From Acutalibacteraceae bacterium (GTDB lineage Bacteria > Bacillota > Clostridia > Oscillospirales > Acutalibacteraceae): a stretch of DNA of 64,000 bases. The stretch spans positions 7,235 to 71,234 of the forward strand of contig JAZRQA010000061.1 in NCBI GenBank assembly GCA_045649505.1. Reading direction: 5' to 3'. The notes below the pieces were generated by a model. It searched no databases. It was not told the origin of the DNA and worked only from the letters and a program-made list of their open reading frames with translations. Positions 7,866-17,130 of the stretch are shown here, in pieces (positions within the stretch are counted from its first letter, which is position 1; every line of letters begins with the position of its first letter). Position numbers and translations under genes: made by a program.

Positions 7866-10800
7866 ATGAAAAAGTTAGTTGCATTGGTACTGTCAGTTGT
7901 ATTAATGATTTCAGTTTTACCGCTTAATGCTTTTGCAATGGATTGGGACTCTATTGTTAGTATTTCTTTTGCAGATACATATGTTTATGATGGAATGCAA
8001 GAGGACGGCGGCAAGTTTGAACAATTTTATGTAAAAATTATAACGACCTTTGAAGATGGTAGTACATCTGAGGAAGACCGTATTGCTTATAGAAACGGTG
8101 GGGTTGAGGTTAATTGGGGAACATTATATTTATCTGATAATCAAGACACAGAAACTTGGGAAGTTGGCAATACTTATCAAGTTACAGGCACTGTGGGAAG
8201 TTTTACAAATACATTTAACGTTGAAGTACGTGAAAACCCAATTCAAGAAATATCTATCGACGATTTTTGCATTATAAAATCTGATGAGTATTTTTCAGAA
8301 GGAAATGGCGAAGTCTATAACATCTACAACTTAATGGGATATTATCGCCCTTATTATGTTACATATAAAGACGGAAGTAGTACACCGGTTTATGGACCTT
8401 TTTCAACTGGTGAATACACTTCGGTTGATTTAATTACGACCTGTGTAGTTCCTTATGAGGACTGGGAAAGCGGAAACACCTATGAAGTAATGGGAACATT
8501 ATTAGGAGTAAGCACTACATTTAATGTAACTGTACTCGAAATTGAAAGTATCGAAATCGAAGATGTGGAATGCATCGAAAATTTCAATGGTTATATGGCA
8601 GGGTATTGGGATGAAAATGATAACTATATCGAGAATGCTTGGTTTGAGTATTATATCTCACCGGAAAAAATCACTATAGAGTTTACTAACACCTCAATTA
8701 CCGGTGATTTGTATGAAATAAGTGAATTTATAGGGTTATATCCTAACTGCTACTCTGATCAGGCCTACGAAAATCAATGGGGTCTTGGCAATCACACCGC
8801 TACAATAAACATTTGTGGTTATGAGCAAAATTATAATGTTAAGGTAGTCGAAACACCTATTAAAGATATAATAATTGATGATATAACCTATATTGAAGGC
8901 ACAAATCGATGGAATGATGGTCCGAATTATTATGAGTACTATATCAATCCCGAAACTCTGATGGTAATTTTAAAAGACGATACCGTTATAACAGGTACAT
9001 ATAACGATGTTTGTGAACAATTAGGATATTATGGTGATTGCAGTTCGGATCAATCTTATGAGAATCTGTGGGGTGTTGGTGAACATAAGGCTACTATTAA
9101 TCTAATGGGTTATGTGAAAGAATATTCTATCAATATTATAAAATCACCAATTAGCAGTATTGAAATTGAAGATATTGAAATACTTGAGTGTACACATGGC
9201 TATTATAATGATAAAGAAAATTATATGTATACTTCTTTCTCACCGACATTTAGTGTTACCTTTTCTGATGGCAGTGTGAAATCGGGATTAACTGAAGGAA
9301 TAACTATAGATGAAGAATACTATAGCTTAGAAATTAGAGACTATACAGATCAATATGTTTCGCCTTGGGTTGTAGGTAATACATACGAAATTATAGGTTC
9401 TGTTTTAGGTGTTAGTGATACATTTAATGTAACTATAACTGAAAGTCCCGTGGTTAGCATAGAAGTTGAAGACGTTACCTGTATTGAGGGTACAAGAGGC
9501 TACTATATTATTGATGACGCCGGAAATTACTATGAGTACACCGATATTTATATGTATCCGAATTATTCGGTTATACTGAAAGATGGCACTGAATTGGAAG
9601 CAGCATTTCATTCACCTTACGAAGGCTATATGGGTATGGGTGAATATGGAGTATTAATAGACGGTCAAATTTATGATATTAGTAATATAACCGATAACCA
9701 AAATGAACAACACTGGAGTGTTGGAACGCATACGGCAACAGCAGAGTTTTTAGGTGCTACAGATGAATTTAATGTTATAATAACCGAAAGCCCTGTTGAA
9801 AGTGTTAGGGTTGAAGATATAACGGTAATTAATGGTATAGACTCCTATTATAATGGTGATTTTGATTATTACAATCTGTATCCCACATATACCGTTACTT
9901 TCAAAGACGGAACCGAAAAGACATTCACGAATGGAACAGGAACAGCTTTAGACGGAAATTATTTTAGTTATTTAGATGTTCATTATAATCAATGGGAAGC
10001 GCCATTTGAAACCGGAGAAACTTATCAAATCGTCGGAAATTTTGGTTTAGCAACAGACACTTTTGAGGTTTCGGTAGTGGAAAATCCGGTTGAGAGTATC
10101 GAAGTTATAAGTGAGCCTAACAAGACTGAATATTTAGTTGGCGAATATTATGATTTAAAGGGTATGACCATACGGATTCATTATGATGATAGCACTTATG
10201 AGGATATAAATATCGAAAGTACTTGTAATGCGAATGCAGTCGGATTTGGTGTCTTGGCCTATTATTCTAACAAACTGCAAAAATTTGGTTATTTATCTTT
10301 GCCTGACGGTTCTTTTGATACTGTCGGCCAACAAGCAATAGAAATTGAATTATTTGGAAAAACCTGTGAACTGAATGTTACAGTTGAAGAAAACCCGATT
10401 GAAAGCATTTCTATTAGAGAAGATGCTGATAAATCTATCATAATTACCGTAAACAATATGGGCGGCACGAGTTATGATATGAAAATATTAGATATAACTT
10501 ATCTTTGGTTTGAAGACAATGTCGCGTATACTCCAATTTTTACAGATAAAGGAATTTTTGATGCAGCAATATTTGATGATGAGGGAAGCATTGCTATAGG
10601 ACTGGGAGATGTCTATTCAGAAGATATAATTAAAAGCAATACTCTTACCGGAAGTGAGTGGTACGAAGTTGTAAAGCTTATTAGCAATAATTTGGAAATG
10701 CCGCTCATAATGTTGAATTCTGATATAGGGTCTTTTGCAGGCAAAATTACCGCTGACAATATTGATGAAATTATTAAAGCTGCAGGCTATATGGATAATA

Positions 10801-11336
10801 ATTTATGGGCAAATGCCGATCAAATTATTGATATGAAATATGCTGTGTTCGAAGGAGAGATTGTAAGAAAAGCAGTCTTAAAATTCTTTGCTCTTGACAA
10901 CATTGATTTATCGCTGTCTGAAAATTATAATCCTGATACCGATACATATAAATTTCCTATAGAAGACTCTGGGGGATACGGAGTTAACAAGCCTTATCAA
11001 CTGGAGTACAGCAATGGAATTTGGACTGCAAAATTAACTATGTTTGTAGATGAACCGGGCGCGGAGCAGTCAGTTATATACGTTAAGCTTAACGATGAAC
11101 ACAAGATAGTAAGTTTTAATTTTAATGCTAATGCTAATGTTAATGTAGGCGACCTTGACGGTGATGAAGAAAAAACCGACTGGGACGGTGTTTTGCTTGC
11201 CCGTTACCTCGCAGGATGGAATGTAGAGATTTCAGCCGAAGAAGTATTAGATATCGATGGTGATGGCGAGATTACCGACTGGGACGGCGTTGTTTTGGAT
11301 CGCTATCTCGCAGGTTGGAATGTTTCAATAGGTTAA
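7866..11336 (+). CDS. Secreted 1156-aa modular protein with C-terminal dockerin
   Basis: Signal peptide (..LPLNAFA). Eight ~100-aa modules each end in (F/Y)NVxVxExP(I/V)xxIxIxD, and one is Big_3-like (PNKTEYLVGEYYDLKGMTIRIHYDD). An unknown ~240-aa region follows, then a duplicated dockerin segment. Confidence 0.85.
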   Translation: MKKLVALVLSVVLMISVLPLNAFAMDWDSIVSISFADTYVYDGMQEDGGKFEQFYVKIITTFEDGSTSEEDRIAYRNGGVEVNWGTLYLSDNQDTETWEVGNTYQVTGTVGSFTNTFNVEVRENPIQEISIDDFCIIKSDEYFSEGNGEVYNIYNLMGYYRPYYVTYKDGSSTPVYGPFSTGEYTSVDLITTCVVPYEDWESGNTYEVMGTLLGVSTTFNVTVLEIESIEIEDVECIENFNGYMAGYWDENDNYIENAWFEYYISPEKITIEFTNTSITGDLYEISEFIGLYPNCYSDQAYENQWGLGNHTATINICGYEQNYNVKVVETPIKDIIIDDITYIEGTNRWNDGPNYYEYYINPETLMVILKDDTVITGTYNDVCEQLGYYGDCSSDQSYENLWGVGEHKATINLMGYVKEYSINIIKSPISSIEIEDIEILECTHGYYNDKENYMYTSFSPTFSVTFSDGSVKSGLTEGITIDEEYYSLEIRDYTDQYVSPWVVGNTYEIIGSVLGVSDTFNVTITESPVVSIEVEDVTCIEGTRGYYIIDDAGNYYEYTDIYMYPNYSVILKDGTELEAAFHSPYEGYMGMGEYGVLIDGQIYDISNITDNQNEQHWSVGTHTATAEFLGATDEFNVIITESPVESVRVEDITVINGIDSYYNGDFDYYNLYPTYTVTFKDGTEKTFTNGTGTALDGNYFSYLDVHYNQWEAPFETGETYQIVGNFGLATDTFEVSVVENPVESIEVISEPNKTEYLVGEYYDLKGMTIRIHYDDSTYEDINIESTCNANAVGFGVLAYYSNKLQKFGYLSLPDGSFDTVGQQAIEIELFGKTCELNVTVEENPIESISIREDADKSIIITVNNMGGTSYDMKILDITYLWFEDNVAYTPIFTDKGIFDAAIFDDEGSIAIGLGDVYSEDIIKSNTLTGSEWYEVVKLISNNLEMPLIMLNSDIGSFAGKITADNIDEIIKAAGYMDNNLWANADQIIDMKYAVFEGEIVRKAVLKFFALDNIDLSLSENYNPDTDTYKFPIEDSGGYGVNKPYQLEYSNGIWTAKLTMFVDEPGAEQSVIYVKLNDEHKIVSFNFNANANVNVGDLDGDEEKTDWDGVLLARYLAGWNVEISAEEVLDIDGDGEITDWDGVVLDRYLAGWNVSIG
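7938..10400 (+). repeat. Eight tandem ~100-aa protein modules (protein-level repeat)
   Basis: The (F/Y)NV-type module-end motif recurs at aa 117, 219, 323, 421, 520, 635, 733 and 836. Two alternating subtypes are visible (W.VGNTY..G type and NYYEYY..DQ.YEN.WG.G.H.AT type). Confidence 0.7.
11148..11333 (+). other. Dockerin module (two Ca-binding segments)
   Basis: GDLDGDEEKTDWDGVLLARYLAGW and LDIDGDGEITDWDGVVLDRYLAGW form duplicated EF-hand-like loops each followed by a helix. Confidence 0.85.
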
Positions 11337-11349
11337 GAGGAGAATTTCA

Positions 11350-12864
11350 ATGAAAAAAGTAATATCTATTTTAATAGCTTTAGTTTTAACATTTGCTTTG
11401 TTTTGCGTTCCTGCTTCCGCAGCAGGAACGGGCACATTAGCACTTTCAAACGCTGAAGGAAAACAAGGAGATACTGTTACGGTAAATGTAAACCTTAACT
11501 CTAACCCGGGACTTATAACAATGAAATTTACAGTTTCTTGGGGAGATGGTTTAGAGTTAACTGGTGTTTCTAACTCTGGATTGCTTGCTGGCTGGACAAC
11601 ACCTGCACCGACAATCAGTTCACCCTATACTTTGCGTTGGGCCGATTCTCTTTCAACGACTAATAGTACAAAAACAGGCAAAATTGCAACGCTTACTTTT
11701 AAAATTAAGGATAATGCAACCGTAGGCAATAAGACCGTTACTTTAACATTTAGTGAATCTCGTGATGCAAACGGCGGCAGAAATACTTTCGGTAATGCCA
11801 CCGCAACTGTTAAAGTTAACTGTAAGACCCACACCTACGGTACATATACCAAAAAGGATAATACAAACCACACCCGTACCTGCTCTGCCTGCGGAAACGT
11901 TGAGACCAAGGCGCACACCTGGAATGGCGGTAGTGTAACCAAACCCGCTGACTGTAAAGAAGCGGGCAATACACACTATACCTGTACTGCTACAGGTTGC
12001 GGAGCTACTAAGGATGGCCCTATTTCAAAAACAAATAATCATACATATGGTTCTTGGAGTCAGACAAAGGCACCAAAATGCACCGAAAAAGGCCAACAAT
12101 CAAGAACATGTTCAACCTGTCAAAAAGTAGAAACAAAGGATGTTGCGGCAACCGGACATAAAATGGGTTCTTGGTCGCGAACCAAGGCACCGAGTTGTAC
12201 TACAAAAGGCGCAGAGACAAGAAAGTGTTCAAAGTGTAATTATACCGAAAGCAGAGATATTCCCGCCACAGGTCACTCTTTAGGTAATTGGAAAACCACA
12301 AGGGAAGCAAACTGTGAAGCAAAGGGTGAGCAAACAAGAAGTTGCTCTAAATGCTCACACAAAGAAACAAAGGCAGTTAATGCACTGGGTCATAAGTTCT
12401 CTAATCCCACCGTTACAAAGGAGCCTGCCTGCACCGAGACGGGAATTGAAACGGGCAAGTGTACTGTTTGCAAAAAGGAAACGACAAACACTATTCCCGC
12501 TGCAGGTCACAAAATGGGTGAAAGTGTTGTAACACTTGAGCCAACTTGTACAGCCGAAGGTAAAAAAGAAGGCACTTGCACTATTTGTGGAACAAAGGCA
12601 GAAGAAACAATTGCACCAGAGGGACATAGCTTTAGCGAGGCGGTTGTAACAAAAGAAGCCACCGAAACCGAAACGGGAATAAAGACTAAAACCTGCACCG
12701 CTTGCGGTACTACGGAGGAAGAAATAATTCCCGTTATAAGTAAGGTCGGCGGAGCTTCTGCGACAATGCTTCTTATCATTGGCGGCGCGGGAGTATTACT
12801 GATTGCGGCGGTAGTTATAATTATTGTAGCCACCAAAAAGAAAAAGGCAAAAGAACAGGAATAA
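11350..12864 (+). CDS. Membrane-anchored cohesin-domain protein with His/Cys-rich repeats
   Basis: Signal peptide (VPASA|AG). Cohesin-like beta-sandwich at aa ~27-157 (GDTVTVNVNLNSNPGLITMKFTVSW..). Eight ~39-aa H/C repeats. C-terminal TM helix with a KKKKAKEQE tail. RBS GAGGAG lies 14 nt after the dockerin gene stop. Confidence 0.8.
   Translation: MKKVISILIALVLTFALFCVPASAAGTGTLALSNAEGKQGDTVTVNVNLNSNPGLITMKFTVSWGDGLELTGVSNSGLLAGWTTPAPTISSPYTLRWADSLSTTNSTKTGKIATLTFKIKDNATVGNKTVTLTFSESRDANGGRNTFGNATATVKVNCKTHTYGTYTKKDNTNHTRTCSACGNVETKAHTWNGGSVTKPADCKEAGNTHYTCTATGCGATKDGPISKTNNHTYGSWSQTKAPKCTEKGQQSRTCSTCQKVETKDVAATGHKMGSWSRTKAPSCTTKGAETRKCSKCNYTESRDIPATGHSLGNWKTTREANCEAKGEQTRSCSKCSHKETKAVNALGHKFSNPTVTKEPACTETGIETGKCTVCKKETTNTIPAAGHKMGESVVTLEPTCTAEGKKEGTCTICGTKAEETIAPEGHSFSEAVVTKEATETETGIKTKTCTACGTTEEEIIPVISKVGGASATMLLIIGGAGVLLIAAVVIIIVATKKKKAKEQE
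11821..12738 (+). repeat. Eight ~39-aa repeats of form H-x4-W-x6-P-x-C-x3-G-x4-C-x2-C (protein-level)
   Basis: Example units are HKMGSWSRTKAPSCTTKGAETRKCSKCNYTESRDIPATG and HSLGNWKTTREANCEAKGEQTRSCSKCSHKETKAVNALG. Confidence 0.75.
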
Positions 12865-12891
12865 TCTAATTGTTAATTTTCTGTAAAACGG

Positions 12892-12921
12892 CTTGACTTT
12901 TCCATAAAAAGGTTATACAAT
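12892..12921 (+). promoter_or_regulatory. Sigma-A type promoter of htpG
   Basis: TTGACT (12892-12897), 18-nt spacer, TACAAT (12916-12921). Confidence 0.55.
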
Positions 12922-12922
12922 A

Positions 12923-12949
12923 TTAGCACTCAGGTTTTTCGAGTGCTAA
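12923..12949. promoter_or_regulatory. CIRCE element (HrcA operator)
   Basis: Perfect match to the consensus TTAGCACTC-N9-GAGTGCTAA, directly downstream of the -10 box. Confidence 0.9.
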
Positions 12950-12972
12950 TATTTTTTTGCAAGGTGAAGAAA

Positions 12973-14859
12973 ATGGCTAAAAAACAGTTTAAAACAGAGT
13001 CTAAGAAACTTCTGGATATGATGATAAACTCTATCTATACACATAAGGAAATTTTCTTGCGTGAGCTTATTTCAAACGCGAGTGACGCTATTGATAAGCT
13101 TTATTTTCGCTCCTTAACCGATAACAGCGTGGGACTTTCCCGCGATGAGTTTGCGGTGTGGCTGAGCGCCGATAAGGATAATCGCATTTTAAAAATTACC
13201 GATAACGGTATCGGCATGACCAAGGAGGAGCTTGAAAACAACCTTGGTACCATAGCTAAGAGCGGCTCCTTTGATTTTAAAAATAATAACACCGAAAAAA
13301 CCGATATTGATATAATAGGTCAGTTTGGCGTTGGCTTTTATTCGGCTTTTATGGTAAGTGACGATATCACCGTTATTTCCCGCGCCTTCGGCAGTGATGA
13401 GGCTTATAAGTGGCATTCTGCAGGGGTGGACGGCTATTCGGTTGAGCCTTGCGAAAGGGAAGATTTCGGTACCGAGATAACCCTTCACATTAAGGAAAAT
13501 ACCGAAAATGAGCAGTATGACGAGTTCCTTGATGCATACCGTTTAAGAGCACTTGTCAAAAAGTATTCCGATTATATCCGCTACCCTATAAAAATGAATA
13601 TGGAAAACCGTGTGCTTAAAGAGGGTAGTGAAAATGAGTACGAAACCGTAATTGAGGAGCAAACACTTAACAGTATGGTACCTTTGTGGCGCAAAAACGC
13701 TAAAGAGGTAACCGAGGATGAGTATAATAACTTCTATAGGGACAAGTTCTACGATTTTGAGGCACCTGCAAAGGTGATACATTCCCACACAGAGGGCAGT
13801 GCCACCTATGATGCGCTTATGTTTATTCCTGCCCACGCGCCCTTTGACTATTATTCAAAGGATTTTGAAAAGGGTTTACAGCTCTATTCAAGCGGTGTTC
13901 TTATAATGGACAAATGCGGTGATTTACTTCCCGATTATTTCTCCTTTGTAAGGGGCCTTGTTGACAGTGCCGATTTATCTCTTAATATTTCGCGTGAGCT
14001 GTTACAGCACGACCATCAGCTTAAGATAATCGCTAAGACAATAGAAAAGAAAATAAAAAGCGAGCTTACAAAAATGCTGGATACCGACCGCGAGGGTTAT
14101 GAAAAATTCTTTAAAGCCTTTGGAATTCAGTTGAAATTCGGTCTTTATAGCGACTACGGCACCCATAAGGATGTACTCAAAGACCTTGTCATCTTCTGCT
14201 CAAGCTTTGAGAATAAAATGACAACTTTAAAGGAGTATATCACCCGTGCGGGCGAAGATGCAAAGACCATTTACTACGCTTGCGGTGAAACCTATGATAA
14301 AATTTTAATGCTACCTCAGGTTGAGGCCGCTAAGGAACGCAAAATTGAGGTGTTACTGCTTACCGATGATGTAGACGAGTTTGCTCTTAAAATGTTGAAC
14401 GAGTATGAAGGCAAGCAGTTTGTAAATATTTGTAGTGAAAATGCCGATATCCTGAGTGAGGATGAAAAGGAAGCCTTAAAGAAGGAAAACGAGGAAAACG
14501 CCGAGCTGTTAAAGCTTATGAAGGAAAGCATTGGCGACGCCGTTAGCGCGGTCAAGTTTACAAACACACTTAAAAATCACCCTGTTTGTCTATCCAGCGA
14601 GGGCGGCATCTCGACCGAAATGGAGAAGGTGTTAAATTCTATGCCCGGCGCAGGGGAAAACAAGGTCAAGGCGCAGATAGTGTTGGAAATAAGCCTTGAG
14701 CACCCCATTGCTACCAAGCTTAAGGAACTTTATACATCCGATAAGGAAAAGGTTGCCGATTATGCAAAGATTCTCTATGCTCAGGCGCGGCTTATCGGCG
14801 GAATGTCTATAGAAAATCCAACCGAGCTATCAGGTCTGGTATGCGCACTTATGATATAG
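12973..14859 (+). CDS. htpG: Molecular chaperone HtpG (Hsp90)
   Basis: ELISNASDA, GQFGVGFYSAF and LNISRE motifs. 628 aa counted from ATG 12973 (MAKKQFKTES). Confidence 0.95.
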   Translation: MAKKQFKTESKKLLDMMINSIYTHKEIFLRELISNASDAIDKLYFRSLTDNSVGLSRDEFAVWLSADKDNRILKITDNGIGMTKEELENNLGTIAKSGSFDFKNNNTEKTDIDIIGQFGVGFYSAFMVSDDITVISRAFGSDEAYKWHSAGVDGYSVEPCEREDFGTEITLHIKENTENEQYDEFLDAYRLRALVKKYSDYIRYPIKMNMENRVLKEGSENEYETVIEEQTLNSMVPLWRKNAKEVTEDEYNNFYRDKFYDFEAPAKVIHSHTEGSATYDALMFIPAHAPFDYYSKDFEKGLQLYSSGVLIMDKCGDLLPDYFSFVRGLVDSADLSLNISRELLQHDHQLKIIAKTIEKKIKSELTKMLDTDREGYEKFFKAFGIQLKFGLYSDYGTHKDVLKDLVIFCSSFENKMTTLKEYITRAGEDAKTIYYACGETYDKILMLPQVEAAKERKIEVLLLTDDVDEFALKMLNEYEGKQFVNICSENADILSEDEKEALKKENEENAELLKLMKESIGDAVSAVKFTNTLKNHPVCLSSEGGISTEMEKVLNSMPGAGENKVKAQIVLEISLEHPIATKLKELYTSDKEKVADYAKILYAQARLIGGMSIENPTELSGLVCALMI

Positions 14860-14984
14860 GAGCCAATGAAGATTTACGGCAAACCACTGATATTTAAAAA
14901 GAGAGTAAAAAAGCCGAGATGCAAAGCACCTCTTCTTTTTTATTAAAGTTGATTTAAATATATCCTTTATCGAAAAGGACCTAG

Positions 14985-16256
14985 TTACTTTGTTATCTTA
15001 TCGCAGCCCATATAAGGTCTTAGTGCTTCGGGAATGGTCACGCTGCCGTCCTCGTTCTGGTAGTTTTCAAGTATTGCGGCAACGGTTCTTCCAACTGCAA
15101 CACCCGAACCGTTAAGGGTGTGCACAAGCTGCGCCTTATCCTTAATATCCTTCTTGAAGCGGATGGAGCCGCGGCGCGCCTGATAATCCTCAAAGTTGGA
15201 GCAGCTTGAAATCTCAACATATCTGCCGTAGCTGGGCATCCACACCTCAATATCATAGGTCTTCGCGGAGGAGAAGCCAAGGTCACCCGAACAAAGGCAT
15301 ACAACACGGTAGGGAAGTCCCAGTCCTGCCAGCACACGCTCAGCATCTTTTGTAAGGCTTTCAAGCTCTTCATATGAATTTTCAGGGTCAGCAAATTTAA
15401 CAAGCTCAACCTTGTTAAACTGGTGCTGACGGATAAGACCGCGGGTATCTCTGCCCGCGCTTCCTGCCTCAGCACGGAAGCAAGCGGAATATGCGGCATA
15501 TTTAATAGGCAGCTTCTTTCCGTCAACAATCTCGTCCCTGTGCATATTGGTAACGGGTACCTCAGCGGTGGGAATAAGGAAGTAATCATTGGTGAGCTTA
15601 AAGGCATCCTCCTCAAATTTGGGGAGCTGTCCTGTTGCGGTCATAGATGCGCGGTTTGCCATAAAGGGAGGCAACACCTCGGTATAACCGTGTTCGGTGT
15701 GGGTGTTAAGGAAGTAGTTTATAATGCTGCGTTCAAGGCGCGCGCCAAGTCCTTTATAGAAGTGGAAACGGGTTCCTGTTACCTTAGCGGCAGTTTCGGG
15801 GTCAAGAATTCCAAGATTTGCTCCGATATCCCAGTGCGCTTTAGGCTCATAGGGGAAATTTGTCGGCTCACCGTTACGGCGAATTTCAACATTATCCGAA
15901 TCATCGTGACCAACGGGCACGCTTGCATGAGGGATGTTGGGTATCTGTAGCAGCAGCTCGCGCTGTTTTGCCTCAAGTTCAGACTGTACCTTGCCATCCT
16001 CCTTAATTTTATCGGAGATTTCCTTCATTTTAGTCATAAGCTCATCGGTGCTAACACCCTGCTTTTTGAGCATAGGAATCTGCTTCGATGCAGCGTTCTG
16101 TTCTGCGCGAAGAGCCTCTACCTGTGTGGTAAGCTCAAGACGCTTTGCATCAATGGCGAGCAGCTCATCAATAACCGCATCAAGGTTACCGTTGCGGTTT
16201 TTTACCGCCTGTTTTACCATATCGGGATTACTTCTTACAAGTTTAATATCTAACAT
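14985..16256 (-). CDS. serS: Seryl-tRNA synthetase
   Basis: MLDIKLVR start, N-terminal coiled-coil arm, class II core ([24 protein letters not shown]). Lies 20 nt downstream of parB. Confidence 0.95.
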   Translation of the reverse strand: MLDIKLVRSNPDMVKQAVKNRNGNLDAVIDELLAIDAKRLELTTQVEALRAEQNAASKQIPMLKKQGVSTDELMTKMKEISDKIKEDGKVQSELEAKQRELLLQIPNIPHASVPVGHDDSDNVEIRRNGEPTNFPYEPKAHWDIGANLGILDPETAAKVTGTRFHFYKGLGARLERSIINYFLNTHTEHGYTEVLPPFMANRASMTATGQLPKFEEDAFKLTNDYFLIPTAEVPVTNMHRDEIVDGKKLPIKYAAYSACFRAEAGSAGRDTRGLIRQHQFNKVELVKFADPENSYEELESLTKDAERVLAGLGLPYRVVCLCSGDLGFSSAKTYDIEVWMPSYGRYVEISSCSNFEDYQARRGSIRFKKDIKDKAQLVHTLNGSGVAVGRTVAAILENYQNEDGSVTIPEALRPYMGCDKITK

Positions 16257-16275
16257 AACTATTTTTCTCCAATTT

Positions 16276-17130
16276 TTATTTTTTTCCTGCAAGCTTATTG
16301 GCAAATTCAGCAAGCTCCTGCCTACTGTAAAATTCAAGCGTTATGGTGCCCTTTTCTCCCTTTCCTGGTTTTACGCTAACCCGTCTGCCGAGTTCATTCT
16401 TAAGGGATAGCTCAACCTCGCGGAAGAAGGTGGGTTTAACGGGTGACGGGGTTCGTTTGTTCGAAGCACCCTTGCTCAGCGCCTTTGCAGCGGCTTCAAG
16501 CTCACGCACATTTGACCCATCAAGTGCCATTTTGAAAAGAATATTACGGTGAGCATCGGTCTCGGCGACTAAAATTGCTCTTGCATGCCCCGCCGAAATG
16601 CTGCCCTGTTGTAGCGCGGCAAGAATATTTTCGGGAAGATTAAGAAGTCGTAAAGCGTTTGCCACAGCGCTTCTTGATTTACCCATCCTTGTTGCTACCG
16701 TTTCCTGTGTAAGATTGTATTTATCCATAAGACTGCGATAGCCTAACGCCTCTTCAACGGGATTTAGGTCTTCGCGCTGTAAATTTTCTATCATAGCAAT
16801 TTCGCCAGCGCTTTGCGCATCAAGCGATTTGACTATTACGGGAATTTCCTCAAGCTCGGCAAGGCGGCAGGCGCGCCAGCGGCGTTCACCCGCTATTATC
16901 TCATACCTTCCGCTGAGCAGCGGGCGTACCAAAATTGGCTGTAAAAGGCCGTGAAGCTTAATACTCTCACTTAACTCACTGAGTGACTCCTCGTCAAAAG
17001 CACGGCGGGGCTGTTCTTTGTTTGGTTCTATCTCGTTTATTTTTAAGATTATAACCTGCTCGCTGTCGGTAGCGTTTTCGTCCAGCAGGGAATTAAAACC
17101 GCGGCCTAGACCGCCTTTTTTTACTGCCAT
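16276..17130 (-). CDS. parB: Chromosome partitioning protein ParB/Spo0J
   Basis: [10 protein letters not shown], ParB box ([18 protein letters not shown]) and an HTH. The ATG forms a TAATG overlap with the parA stop. Confidence 0.9.
   Translation of the reverse strand: MAVKKGGLGRGFNSLLDENATDSEQVIILKINEIEPNKEQPRRAFDEESLSELSESIKLHGLLQPILVRPLLSGRYEIIAGERRWRACRLAELEEIPVIVKSLDAQSAGEIAMIENLQREDLNPVEEALGYRSLMDKYNLTQETVATRMGKSRSAVANALRLLNLPENILAALQQGSISAGHARAILVAETDAHRNILFKMALDGSNVRELEAAAKALSKGASNKRTPSPVKPTFFREVELSLKNELGRRVSVKPGKGEKGTITLEFYSRQELAEFANKLAGKK

Noticed and set aside
11124-11147. Hexanucleotide tandem repeat AATGCT AATGCT AATGTT AATGTA
   Set aside because: It is in-frame and encodes the NANANVNV linker just before the dockerin. 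It is too short and too coding to be a CRISPR array or a regulatory repeat.
15038-16410. Several 150-190-aa alternative-frame ORFs (15038..15616 -, 15423..15950 +, 15934..16410 +)
   Set aside because: All lie inside or antisense to serS and parB, which have unambiguous motifs. They are compositional artefacts.
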